The notes beneath the pieces were generated by a model that was given only the letters and a program-made list of their open reading frames with translations, had not been told where the DNA came from and made no database searches. DNA of 29,466 nucleotides from Ginkgo biloba (taxonomy: Eukaryota > Plantae > Ginkgophyta): contig JANKJI020000004.1 of assembly GCA_024626585.2 (NCBI GenBank), forward strand, positions 87,838,938-87,868,403. The letters are read 5' to 3'. Shown here in pieces: positions 1 through 11,246 of the stretch. The stretch's first letter is position 1, and each line of letters begins with the position of its first letter. A program made the translations under genes and the position numbers.

Positions 1-1127
1 TTACAACCAATAATAAAAACCTTGTCACATATGTCCTAACTAACTCTAGTCATTTTGACTAAAAAGGTAAAAAATAATGTCTTAAAAACAAAAAAAAAAA
101 TATGTAGCCCATTTCTTCTTTTTTCTTAGGTCTTATTATTTTCTTGTGACCTTTATTTTTTCACTATTATCCCCTTTTAATAAATTTCTTATTTCTAATA
201 TTTAAATTAGGAAAATTTTAATTAAAAAAAAATAAATCACAAGGTAGCCTATGCGCATCTCATTCTACCCGTGATTTGGATTTCTTTGCTAAATTTCCCA
301 GTCTTCCCTCAGCCTTTGTCCCATGCCATTCTACATATGTTTATTTACTTATTCTAGAATTTATTATACCATGGAATCTCCTCCTATTGATGGCCATCAA
401 CCATCTACAATATATTCCCACGACATCTTCTTTCTCCCAATGTGGATTGTTCATCTTTCTCATCTAAGATTCTCATTCTTTCTTCTCTTAAGATTCTCTA
501 AACCTTAATAGTATCTCCATATTCCTTAGGTGTCTTCNNNNNNNNNNNNNNNNNNNNNNNNNNNNNNNNNNNNNNNNNNNNNNNNNNNNNNNNNNNNNNN
601 NNNNNNNNNNNNNNNNNNNNNNNNNNNNNNNNNNNNNNNNNNTAGGATTAAGCTAATCTATAGATTAAGTAGTAGCACATAAACCTCCTTTTGGTGATAT
701 TGAAAAGATTAACACTCTTTGATTTCTATATTAAATGACTTAAGCATAACCCTCACATTTCTCACTATTAGATACTCTCCATACTATATGCATATGGATC
801 TGTAACACATCCAATGTTTCCACTTAATTTGTCCCATGATTTCTACTGAATTTTTCTCCACATCTCCAAATGGCCATTATCATATCTAAATTTCTTTCCT
901 CCAATGAATGAATTTATTCTCTCTTAAGGTTTTACTTATTCTATGACCTCTTCCTAGCATTCACAGTTATCTCCACCTTTATATTGCCACTATTTTTCAT
1001 CCAGCAAAGGTTTATTTTACTCATACCTTTTTCCTCTTAGTGTTCCTATGGATATTTATAAACCATCTCTCTCTCCTTCCACATTCAAATGCAATAGTAA
1101 AAGTATTTTATAAATTCCACAAAATTG

Positions 1128-1409
1128 GATTTGATACCAATGTTAGATTCCTTTAACTCCAATACCACTATTAGTTTCATCACATATCTAATACCAATTT
1201 TATTTTCATCATAGCTTTGATACCACTATTAGTTTCTTTTAGCAGTAATACCATGTTTCTTTCCTCAACTCTAATACCATGTTGAATTATTCCCATGTCT
1301 AATATTGTCTTTAGCTCTAGTACCTACAAGAAATCCTTACAACTCTGCAACCATATATAAATTACCTCACACTTGTAGCAATAGAGTGAACAACATAACC
1401 TCATGTGGA
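1128..1409 (-). mobile_element. LTR 3' end plus tandem array of PBS-like motifs (degenerate LTR retrotransposon)
   Basis: On the minus strand ...TCAACA is followed directly by TGGTATTAGAGT (plus 1268-1279), close to the tRNA-iMet PBS TGGTATCAGAGC. Five more TGGTAT(C/T)-type copies follow at 26-29 bp spacing. Confidence 0.5.
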
Positions 1410-2010
1410 NNNNNNNNNNNNNNNNNNNNNNNNNNNNNNNNNNNNNNNNNNNNNNNNNNNNNNNNNNNNNNNNNNNNNNNNNNNNNNNNNNNNNNNNNNN
1501 NNNNNNNNNNNNNNNNNNNNNNNNNNNNNNNNNNNNNNNNNNNNNNNNNNNNNNNNNNNNNNNNNNNNNNNNNNNNNNNNNNNNNNNNNNNNNNNNNNNN
1601 NNNNNNNNNNNNNNNNNNNNNNNNNNNNNNNNNNNNNNNNNNNNNNNNNNNNNNNNNNNNNNNNNNNNNNNNNNNNNNNNNNNNNNNNNNNNNNNNNNNN
1701 NNNNNNNNNNNNNNNNNNNNNNNNNNNNNNNNNNNNNNNNNNNNNNNNNNNNNNNNNNNNNNNNNNNNNNNNNNNNNNNNNNNNNNNNNNNNNNNNNNNN
1801 NNNNNNNNNNNNNNNNNNNNNNNNNNNNNNNNNNNNNNNNNNNNNNNNNNNNNNNNNNNNNNNNNNNNNNNNNNNNNNNNNNNNNNNNNNNNNNNNNNNN
1901 NNNNNNNNNNNNNNNNNNNNNNNNNNNNNNNNNNNNNNNNNNNNNNNNNNNNNNNNNNNNNNNNNNNNNNNNNNNNNNNNNNNNNNNNNNNNNNNNNNNN
2001 NNNNNNNNNN

Positions 2011-2465
2011 TATAAGGTCCATCTTAACTTATGAGGTGTTAGATTAAAATTCTTCATCCATTATGCCCATATAATTTATCTTTTAATAAAGCATGGTTAA
2101 TGATAGTTGCTTACAATTTTACTAATTAAAAAAATAATATTTTTCTTCAAATTATGATTATCTTTATTTTATTTTTGCCTACATTTTAATCTCATTTTAT
2201 AATTCAATGGTTCTTATTGTACAATTATTGATAAAGTTAATAATGAGTGTTTCACATAACTTATTTAGTATTGATCCCATTAATATATATATATATATCC
2301 AACTTCAAAAAATATTTCCTTATCTTCTTATATTTTTAAATTGACACTAATTATCTAATTACCACCACTATAAGGTCCACCTTAACTTTTGAGGTGTTAG
2401 ATTAAAATTTTTCAGCCATTACGCCCATATAATTTGTCTTCTAATAGAGCATGGTTAATGATAGT
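2011..2465 (+). repeat. Diverged 97-bp direct repeat (2011-2107 and 2369-2465)
   Basis: Both copies read TATAAGGTCCA.CTTAACTT.TGAGGTGTTAGATTAAAATT...GCATGGTTAATGATAGT with scattered substitutions. The first copy abuts an N gap. Confidence 0.85.
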
Positions 2466-4810
2466 AACAATAACCACTTGATAGGTGGTCTCACTATTTT
2501 TCCCCTAAACTTGGAAATGAGTTTGAACCTTATTATATTATTGTTGTTGCGATAGATCATTCTTGTTAAATTTCCTTTGACAGCATCTTGGACAATATTT
2601 TTAATACCATGGATGTTTCATTATCCTTTAAGCTAAGATGAACTTATCTAAATCAACTTATTAAACCTCCTTAATTATTATTGTTTATAATGCTTATTGT
2701 TAGTGTGATGGAAATATTGAGTTTTTAATATGCACATTTCTAATTAAAAATAAATTAGCATATACTTTTAGATTTATCTTCATCACAATATTATTTAACT
2801 TAGTTAAGTTATTAATATCCTCATAGTAGGATGATATGCCATAAATATCTTTTACTTTAGCCAACCTTTAAAAATGAAATATGCACCATAGACACCATCA
2901 TCCCAATCATTCTTTGCTCATTAACATAATTAGGTAATGGAGTAGCTAGTGTTGGCTTGCCATGTTATAAACTCAAGTATTGTAATGTAGTAATGCTCGA
3001 ATATGAAATACTTCTATGCATATTTGGTCAAGTGGTTTGAGTATTGGTTTGGGAATATATATTCCCTTCATCACTAAAAAATGTTGGGGTTGATGAACTC
3101 TTTCCTATTTAGAATTTTTATAAGAATAATATAAATAACACAAGGGGAAAGAAACATATGTAATAATTTAGTGTCATTTTCTAAATTTCATTTAGCCAAT
3201 TTTCATATGAGTTTTCCAAGTTATAAGATTCCTAAAAGTTACCTTGATAACAATGAACCTCTTGTATGGTCATTTACATAGAAACNNNNNNNNNNNNNNN
3301 NNNNNNNNNNNNNNNNNNNNNNNNNNNNNNNNNNNNNNNNNNNNNNNNNNNNNNNNNNNNNNNNNNNNNNNNNNNNNNNNNNNNNNNNNNNNNNNNNNNN
3401 NNNNNNNNNNNNNNNNNNNNNNNNNNNNNNNNNNNNNNNNNNNNNNNNNNNNNNNNNNNNNNNNNNNNNNNNNNNNNNNNNNNNNNNNNNNNNNNNNNNN
3501 NNNNNNNNNNNNNNNNNNNNNNNNNNNNNNNNNNNNNNNNNNNNNNNNNNNNNNNNNNNNNNNNNNNNNNNNNNNNNNNNNNNNNNNNNNNNNNNNNNNN
3601 NNNNNNNNNNNNNNNNNNNNNNNNNNNNNNNNNNNNNNNNNNNNNNNNNNNNNNNNNNNNNNNNNNNNNNNNNNNNNNNNNNNNNNNNNNNNNNNNNNNN
3701 NNNNNNNNNNNNNNNNNNNNNNNNNNNNNNNNNNNNNNNNNNNNNNNNNNNNNNNNNNNNNNNNNNNNNNNNNNNNNNNNNNNNNNNNNNNNNNNNNNNN
3801 NNNNNNNNNNNNNNNNNNNNNNNNNNNNNNNNNNNNNNNNNNNNNNNNNNNNNNNNNNNNNNNNNNNNNNNNNNNNNNNNNNNNNNNNNNNNNNNNNNNN
3901 NNNNNNNNNNNNNNNNNNNNNNNNNNNNNNNNNNNNNNNNNNNNNNNNNNNNNNNNNNNNNNNNNNNNNNNNNNNNNNNNNNNNNNNNNNNNNNNNNNNN
4001 NNNNNNNNNNNNNNNNNNNNNNNNNNNNNNNNNNNNNNNNNNNNNNNNNNNNNNNNNNNNNNNNNNNNNNNNNNNNNNNNNNNNNNNNNNNNNNNNNNNN
4101 NNNNNNNNNNNNNNNNNNNNNNNNNNNNNNNNNNNNNNNNNNNNNNNNATCCTATTGTGTTAGCATGTGAATTATATTAGAGATAAAAATGACACTATCC
4201 ATAGGGTAATTTGGTCCCCTAGATATATATAATATTAATATCTTATTATGCAAAGATAAAATTATGGCAATAAAAAATATTTTAACTTATGGTTATATCA
4301 TGGTTAACTCCATGTTAGAGTTTATGTCATATGGTTATAATACCTTGAGGGTATATTAGATCATCACTTAATATCCCCTTATTCTTATTTATTATAAGAG
4401 GGATGTCAAGGATCGAAAATATGATTGACCAAGTTGTTACTTAGGGAGGGTACAACCCAATTGGTTGATGAAAGGTTGATGTTAGTACCATATGATTGGT
4501 TTTTATGCTTGTATATATCTACATAGGTCCCAATATTTACCTTTAACTTTTTTTTTATCATTAACTAATGTCCCTATCCCTTATCACAACTATGTTGTTC
4601 ATCAAGGTAAGGGAATCTATAGGATTTCAATTAGTTTATTGTCTTACCATGACCTCCCTAATCCATTACCTACTATAATTATCATGATTAAGGAAGGGAA
4701 TTTAGAGTGAATTGATTAGATAATACCCATGTAATATAATCCCTTATTATAGATATGCTAATGCTAGAAAAATTAATAAAGAGACTTTTTATGCACATCT
4801 ATTAATTGGT

Positions 4811-4963
4811 TCATCTCTCTTGCCATCCCATATTCCTTATCAAACTAGAAAATGGATTTTTAATTAGGGATAAGATGACATCATCATCTCTCTTACCATC
4901 CATTATTCCTTATCAAACTAGAAAATGGGGGATTTTTAATTAGGTATAAGGTGAAGTTATCAT
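4811..4963 (+). repeat. Tandem duplication, ~73-bp unit x2
   Basis: TCATCTCTCTT(G/A)CCATCC..TATTCCTTATCAAACTAGAAAATGG..GATTTTTAATTAGG.ATAAG occurs at 4811 and again at 4884. Confidence 0.85.
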
Positions 4964-6721
4964 TTCAGACTTAGATCACCTAGACAATTGGCAAGACTAG
5001 TAGACATCAATACTTTCTAAATTTTATTATTAGTTGATTATAGTTAATATCATAGTTGGTTCAATGCCATTTTTTATGAAAGTTTATATACTTTTATAAA
5101 GTGTTAATATAGGTACAAGTGGTGATAGAGGTAATATCATCATTTGGATTTTCTCATTTACAAAAGAACTTATAACGGAAGGAGTGTGTGGGAAGTAGAG
5201 CTTACTATTATTTTCTAACTATTGTTATATCACTTATTCATTATGCTTATATAAGTGATTTTTATAATACATTTATGATAAAATTATTGTCTTTTTATCA
5301 AGTTAAAATTATCTCTTTATTTTCTTATAAGTATTTATATGCACATTCATACAAGACCTATAAGGGTTATCATAAGATAATATAGGTAGAGGATGGTGCA
5401 TTGACTAATATGGGATATGGATGTATCTAAGGATTCTTAGTGGATAAAAAATGTATTCTCTCTGGTTGATAATATAACATCNNNNNNNNNNNNNNNNNNN
5501 NNNNNNNNNNNNNNNNNNNNNNNNTTGTTAAATGAGGCAAGATAGGTATCTTACCTAGATCATTGGATGACATAAGGTAAATTGATATTAATTTATATGA
5601 CATGGGATAAGGATAAGGTTATATTAATTAGAATGCTCAAGGAATAAAAAGTTTCTTGAGTGCTCTATCTATCCCCATATTGCATCTTTTCCTTTCAATA
5701 ATTAAGTTAAAATAGGAAAGAATGACCACCATTATAGAGATAANNNNNNNNNNNNNNNNNNNNNNNNNNNNNNNNNNNNNNNNNNNNNNNNNNNNNNNNN
5801 NNNNNNNNNNNNNNNNNNNNNNNTTTTCCAAAATTACTTTAAATATAAAAGAATATTAAGTTTTAAATGTATTGCTTAGTACAAAGTTCATCTTCTAAAG
5901 GTGAGATATAAGTTACCTTTGAATTATAGAGTATAATTATAATGCATACAAGTTCTTATGAGTAAGACCATATAAGAATAATGGTGTAAGGTTCTTATTA
6001 CCAAATTTAATTGTGTGCTAGATGAACACTACGAATAATGTACTTTGGAAGGGAGAAATATGCAATATATAATATTAATGTTAATGTTATAGTTTAACAA
6101 TTATAGATGGTGTTGCCTAAATTATGTGTGTGTGCATGCACACATTTGTATGTGATGTGTCATAAGGAGGGATGCTCAATAATCATCCTAAAGTTTAATA
6201 AAAGAATCAATCCTTAAGGAACTTGTTGGTGTGTGTTTTTTTGCACAGGCTCCAATAGGCAATGGGTGTAACACCCATTCATTTTAGGATCCCTGTTGAT
6301 GGGAGGATCCAAGGTGCAAAAAACCCAAAACTCATAACTTAGGGGAGTATATGACTTTGATAACCTGTTGGTGGGGATCCCTTATATAAAATGGATATTC
6401 ATAATGGATTTTAACTAGGTGATCTTAAATCTTAAAAAAAAATATAAAAAACGGAGAGAAGGGTAAGGTAGAAAGAAAGATTAGAATCCTTTTACCTACT
6501 TGCTGACCAACATAAATGTTGTTGATGATTCTATAACAACTATACCAAAGTACATGGAAATAAGAATACACTCAAATTCTCAAATACTTTAGACAATCAT
6601 CCAATGAATTTCAAGAAAAGAAAATTATATATGCACAAGAATTTAATGGTAAAAATAATAATGGTTCATACTTCACAAGAGATGGAACCGGTTAATCTAA
6701 CATGGTATTCAAATTATGCAA

Positions 6722-7049
6722 TTAGCATGAAACATGTGCTGAAAATAAGTGATGTACTAGCTCAGACTGAGCAAATGGTTGAAGGCATGGATCCAGAAAC
6801 GGAATACATTTCAACTTTGTTTGACATAAAGATGGAGATAAGGAGGGTAACATTCTATGGAGTCTAATATCCAATGGATAACAGTCCAAGGCCTCTTGGA
6901 GCACCAAGACAATAAAACCACCAAAGTATAAGTTTCTTCTCCAACCAATGCCACAAGCATTCCTTTGAGTCCCTAGAGGATGATGAAGACACCAAGCAGT
7001 AGAACACCATCTTCAGAACTGAGACTGCTAACATATGTGATGTCTCCAT
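6722..7049 (-). mobile_element. Possible highly degenerate L1-type LINE ORF2 C-terminal (zf-RVT-like) fragment
   Basis: The minus-strand peptide LHRMLP...DPCLQPFAQSELVHHLFSAH loosely resembles the 'LHxRLP...CPLC...E...HLF..C' pattern of plant L1 zf-RVT. Resemblance only, by eye. Confidence 0.25.
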
Positions 7050-7692
7050 TTCAGAAATTTAGAGCACAACATTGCTGAAACTTCACCATGTGGGTGGCTG
7101 ACTAAGCCGTCACTTATTGTATTAGGTACAAGGCTATTTTGAAAAATTTGGTCAGTCACTATAGAACTACTAACTAGTTCACCTTGTTTGTGATCAAGGT
7201 ATATGTCTGTTCTTTTCCTTTCAAGACACTAGCTTTATCTCCTCCGATAAGTCATATTGGGGAATTTCATTGATATAAGATGAGTTTGAGAACGAACAAA
7301 CTCAGATAGATAGAAGAAATATCATTTGTTTGACATAGGTGCTTAGATGATTATTCAGATTTTCTAGTGTAATAATGATATGTCAGACAGACATTGAACC
7401 AAGGAGATTACTTTCTGAACTAGTTTTATTCAAATTGCTGTACGGTTTAGACTTCGTTTCTTTCAGATGCTTTCCTCTATAAATCTATGTTGGAAATTAA
7501 TGTTATTAGGTTCACAATATTGAGTTATTAAAGTGACATTAAGTTGAGTTAGTCACTTTATGTTAGAAGACATGTTAGTGGTCATNNNNNNNNNNNNNNN
7601 NNNNNNNNNNNNNNNNNNNNNNNNNNNNNNNNNNNNNNNNNNNNNNNNNNNNNNNNNNNNNNNNNNNNNNNNNNNNNNNNNNNNNGCCTTAA

Positions 7693-7788
<96 letters not shown>

Positions 7789-8202
7789 TAAGACCTCATA
7801 TTTTCTGACTTCTGAATTTATAGAATGCACAACACTTACCAAGTTTCATTGTCTTATCAATAGATCAAAGGCAGTGGGAGCAATGTCCAGAACAATGCAA
7901 ATATCATCNNNNNNNNNNNNNNNNNNNNNNNNNNNNNNTTCTGGAGTCTGTTGGCACTTGTCAACTGGTTTTGACTTAATGGTAGAAATGATAAATATAG
8001 TCAAGTTAACAGGCGATGTGTACTCATTGGCATTAATTTGTTGCATTTTCAATTTTTTTAATAAGTAGTTTATGTCATTAAGGGAACTGTAGGAATTACA
8101 AAGTTTGGTCTTAGAGTGCATAAATTTTCCTGTCTGATCATTCTTGAATTTTATCCAGCACATTTCTCACCCTTATTAAGCTCTTGCATTGTCGACTTCC
8201 AG

Positions 8203-8452
8203 AAAATATTTTGTGCAATATGCAGAAACATGCTTTAGGGCATTTGGAGATCGAGTTAAACATTGGATCACTTTCAATGAGCCTCTCCAGACTGCAGTCA
8301 ATGGCTATGCAACTGGTGTATTTGCTCCTGGAAGATGCTCAGATAGATCAAAGAGCACCATTGGAGATTCATATACTGAACCATATTTAGCTGCACATAA
8401 TCAACTTCTGGCTCATGCAAGTGCTGTTGATCTGTATAGAACAAAGTTCCAG
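8203..8452 (+). CDS. BGLU42: GH1 beta-glucosidase internal exon (250 nt) with the catalytic acid/base TFNEP motif
   Basis: Acceptor TTCCAG| at 8202 and donor CAG|GTACAT at 8453. Peptide [46 protein letters not shown]...[37 protein letters not shown] is characteristic of the AtBGLU42/Os1BGlu4 clade. Confidence 0.95.
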
Positions 8453-9689
8453 GTACATATTGCTGTCATTGATTTGTTATTGTAAAGATGAATAGAAATT
8501 GCGTATAACAAATAATTACCACCTACTAAAATTGAAATGTGTTCAATGCATTCAATATTAATATATTCAAATAATTTTATTATAGCTATGCCACTTATTA
8601 AATCTTAAATGCATTAATACATTTAATATTAATGTATTAAAATACCATGTCAAATCTTGATATATTTATTACTAATAAGATTTTATATTGTGATTTGATT
8701 TATATTTATTATTAATAGATATTATATATTCTTTCATAATTTTTTATATTGGGAGGGAGAATGGTTGGCTGGACATTATTTTTTTAGTATATAGTGTAGA
8801 TAGTATAGATTGGATGAAGTGTCTATAGAGGATGAATTATTTTTTGAAAAACGCAAACGAAATGAAAATGGTTTGTGCATTCAAATGCACATCTAGGTAA
8901 AGTGACTAATGTGTAAGTGTAGAGATGCATGTGCATAAAAGGTCAATGTCAAAACTAGCTAGATGCAATAATTGTGTAGGTCATGCGAATTATCTTGGTG
9001 CATAAACATTGGGCCAACTAAATGAATAGAAAAATGTCGGCACCAAATGCATCCGCTTACTAAGTTAGGTGCTAAAACTATGTTGACCAACGAACTAATT
9101 GACGCATAAGTTGAGATTGGAACAATAGGTGGGCAAACTAGATACACATAAATTATAAACATGTATCACACACACAAGTACTTTGTGTACAACAAAACCA
9201 CCAATTATAATCCCAAAAATCTTTAGGTACAACAAACCCCATTTGTCCCCATGCATTAAAATCACCATTTAACCCATGCACTCTTTTTCCTTTTTGGCCC
9301 TTAATTCATGGAAATTGTTTTATTCTTTACAAAAGCAACTTGGGTATGCTCAAACTAGGCCGGTGAATTTTTTCCCTTTGAAGGGAAGGCCACTTAAATT
9401 CTTTGACCAATCAAGCATAGTGAAGAAACCTTGTGAATCCATTGTATTTACTTAATATTACTATTATAGTCTACCCAAACAAAAAGCCTTTATATTACTA
9501 CAAACACATGGGGCATTTTAGGGATGAAGTTGAGGGTAGGTGGGTACCATTGTATTGTGCAAATCAAATGCTTCAACGGATTTGTTAGAACATGCCAGAC
9601 TGAAATACATCCATGGAGACCGCATTACACACCACAGTACCCGATTCAATTAATCCACATAATAATTAGAGATTAAAATGCTACCGGTA

Positions 9690-10570
9690 AATCCACATAT
9701 GCCGGAACACGGAACCTTGACCGAATCTATGGAAAAGTTCAGGTGGTTACATCTTTTGGCGTCTTTCTTTATCCACTTCGTCGAACCAAACAAAACTCGG
9801 CAGTTCTTTTCCCGTGTTCACATGACCAATCACAACCGCCAAACCAAGGGGATGCCCAACTTGTTCATGGAGGTGGGCCTTGCCGTATGAGTGGGAAAAG
9901 TCGTCGGACGGAATTCGGTTTTCTTTTTTTTATTTGAAGTAAATATAAAATTGGACGCCTAATATTAGTGGCTGTGGCGGGGCCCACCTTAACAAACTAA
10001 CCTGCCACTGAACTGCCGCAACCGGAAGCGGACCGGCGCGCCCTCCGCCGGTTAGAACGGCGAAATTTACGGGAACGATGGGGCCGCGGTCCTTTTGCCG
10101 GGACGGCAATCTGCTCCGGCTACCGAGAAGCTACGAATTTGAGCCAACCAACGGCCGTTCTTACTTCAGAGTCCTGACAACGACCGGAGAGCGGCGGTGG
10201 TTTGACGGGACGTGGGCTGGCAGTTCCCAGTGGTGAGGCGAAGCGAGAAAAGATCCTGGCCGTGGATTTGTGAACGTACGGTTGAGATGGAATTTGGACT
10301 TCTGGGAATTCGGAACGTGGATATTTTTAGAAAATCAGGAGTCGCTTTCTGGTTCTCTCCCTGGAACGGGAATGATGTTGACAAGCTGTGGTTGATGTGT
10401 ATTGGTAGTTTTTTCTCTCTCCAGAATCTAGTGCTATTTGTGTGCGTTGGGGTGTCGTCTTTGTGTGCGGGGATGTAGTTTGTGTTAGGAAAAGAAGAGG
10501 GAGAGGAGAAGAGGAGGAAAGGGCTCTTTGGCTCTCTCTCCAATCCAATCCATCTTCTCTTTCAATTCTC
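9690..10570 (+). promoter_or_regulatory. CpG/GC-rich promoter and probable transcription-start region of the MAP3K gene
   Basis: Sharp rise in GC and CpG density (especially 9960-10270) against a CpG-poor background. Motifs: W-box TTGACC 9717, TATAAAA 9944, class-I TCP site GGGCCCAC 9980, CGCG cores near 10037 and 10085, ACGTGG near 10210 and 10315, GA tract ~10488-10522, CT-rich Y-patch ~10524-10571. Confidence 0.65.
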
Positions 10571-10725
10571 CAACTATTGTTGGATTTTTGAATTTATTTT
10601 GAATTTGATTTGCTTAATTGTGATTCAATAATCGACCGTTAGGAATCCCACTTGGGTCATCGGATGCAATCGTTTCTTGTTAAGGTTGCGCCAATAAATC
10701 CTCGTCCGCGCACTCGTTCACAAGC

Positions 10726-11087
10726 TCTATGCAGTTGGGCAGTCCTGATTCTCCCTTGTCTGAATTAGGTACTGCCCGGTTTTGCCTCAGGGGATTGAAT
10801 TCTGCGTTGGGGTTTACAGAAATTGGTCCTTTCCTGTTGGAGTATTTTCGCCTTCTATGCAGTTGGGAAGTCCTAATTCTCCACTTTTTGAATTGGGTAC
10901 TGCCCGATCCGGCATATCAGGGTTGAATTCTGTGTTGGGTTCAGAGAAATTGGTGCTTTCCCAGGTCCTGTGCGCGTTCTATGCATTCGGGCGATCGGGA
11001 TTATCTGATTTGTGAATTGGGTGGTGCCGGATTTGGGCTTCCGAGGTTTGGTTCTTTGTTGGGTGGTGATTTTTGGTGTCCTATGCG
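10726..11087 (+). repeat. Tandem triplication of a ~125-bp unit upstream of the MAP3K start
   Basis: Units begin TCTATGCA with the ATG at 10729, 10857 and 10981 (spacing 128 and 124). They share GAATT(A/G)GGT..TGCC and TTCT..GTTGGG. A fourth CTATGC remnant lies at 11081. Confidence 0.85.
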
Positions 11088-11246
11088 AGGAAACAAGTGG
11101 TCTGAGAGGTCTGTTATTGTCGTAATGCTGGTTTTGGGGTTATGGTGGAGCCGAGTCTCAGAAATAAGGACTCTTTAGCCTTACCCGGCAACGCTTCTGA
11201 GTGGTGCCCTGTAGACGGTGCCCAATTCTTCTTGTGGCAGACAGAA

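Noticed and set aside
1128-1279. Regularly spaced repeats resembling a CRISPR array
   Set aside because: Eukaryotic context, no cas genes, a conserved core of only ~6-12 nt, and mutually similar spacers. Better explained as a PBS-containing tandem repeat.
1305-4180. Long ORFs in the track made of X residues (also 13664-14366, 27844-28393 and others)
   Set aside because: Artefacts of translating N gaps.
6604-6867. 87-aa plus-strand ORF
   Set aside because: No recognisable motif or convincing splice context.
8189-8485. 98-aa ORF as a standalone gene
   Set aside because: It is the GH1 internal exon read through its flanking intron sequence. The true limits are 8203-8452.
8614-8640. TTAATACATT...AATGTATTAA hairpin, and the TGTGTGCATGCACACA palindrome near 6129
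   Set aside because: Low-complexity sequence where such palindromes arise by chance.
10166-10548. Overlapping ORFs on both strands in the GC-rich promoter
   Set aside because: Expected by chance where GC is high; no family motifs.
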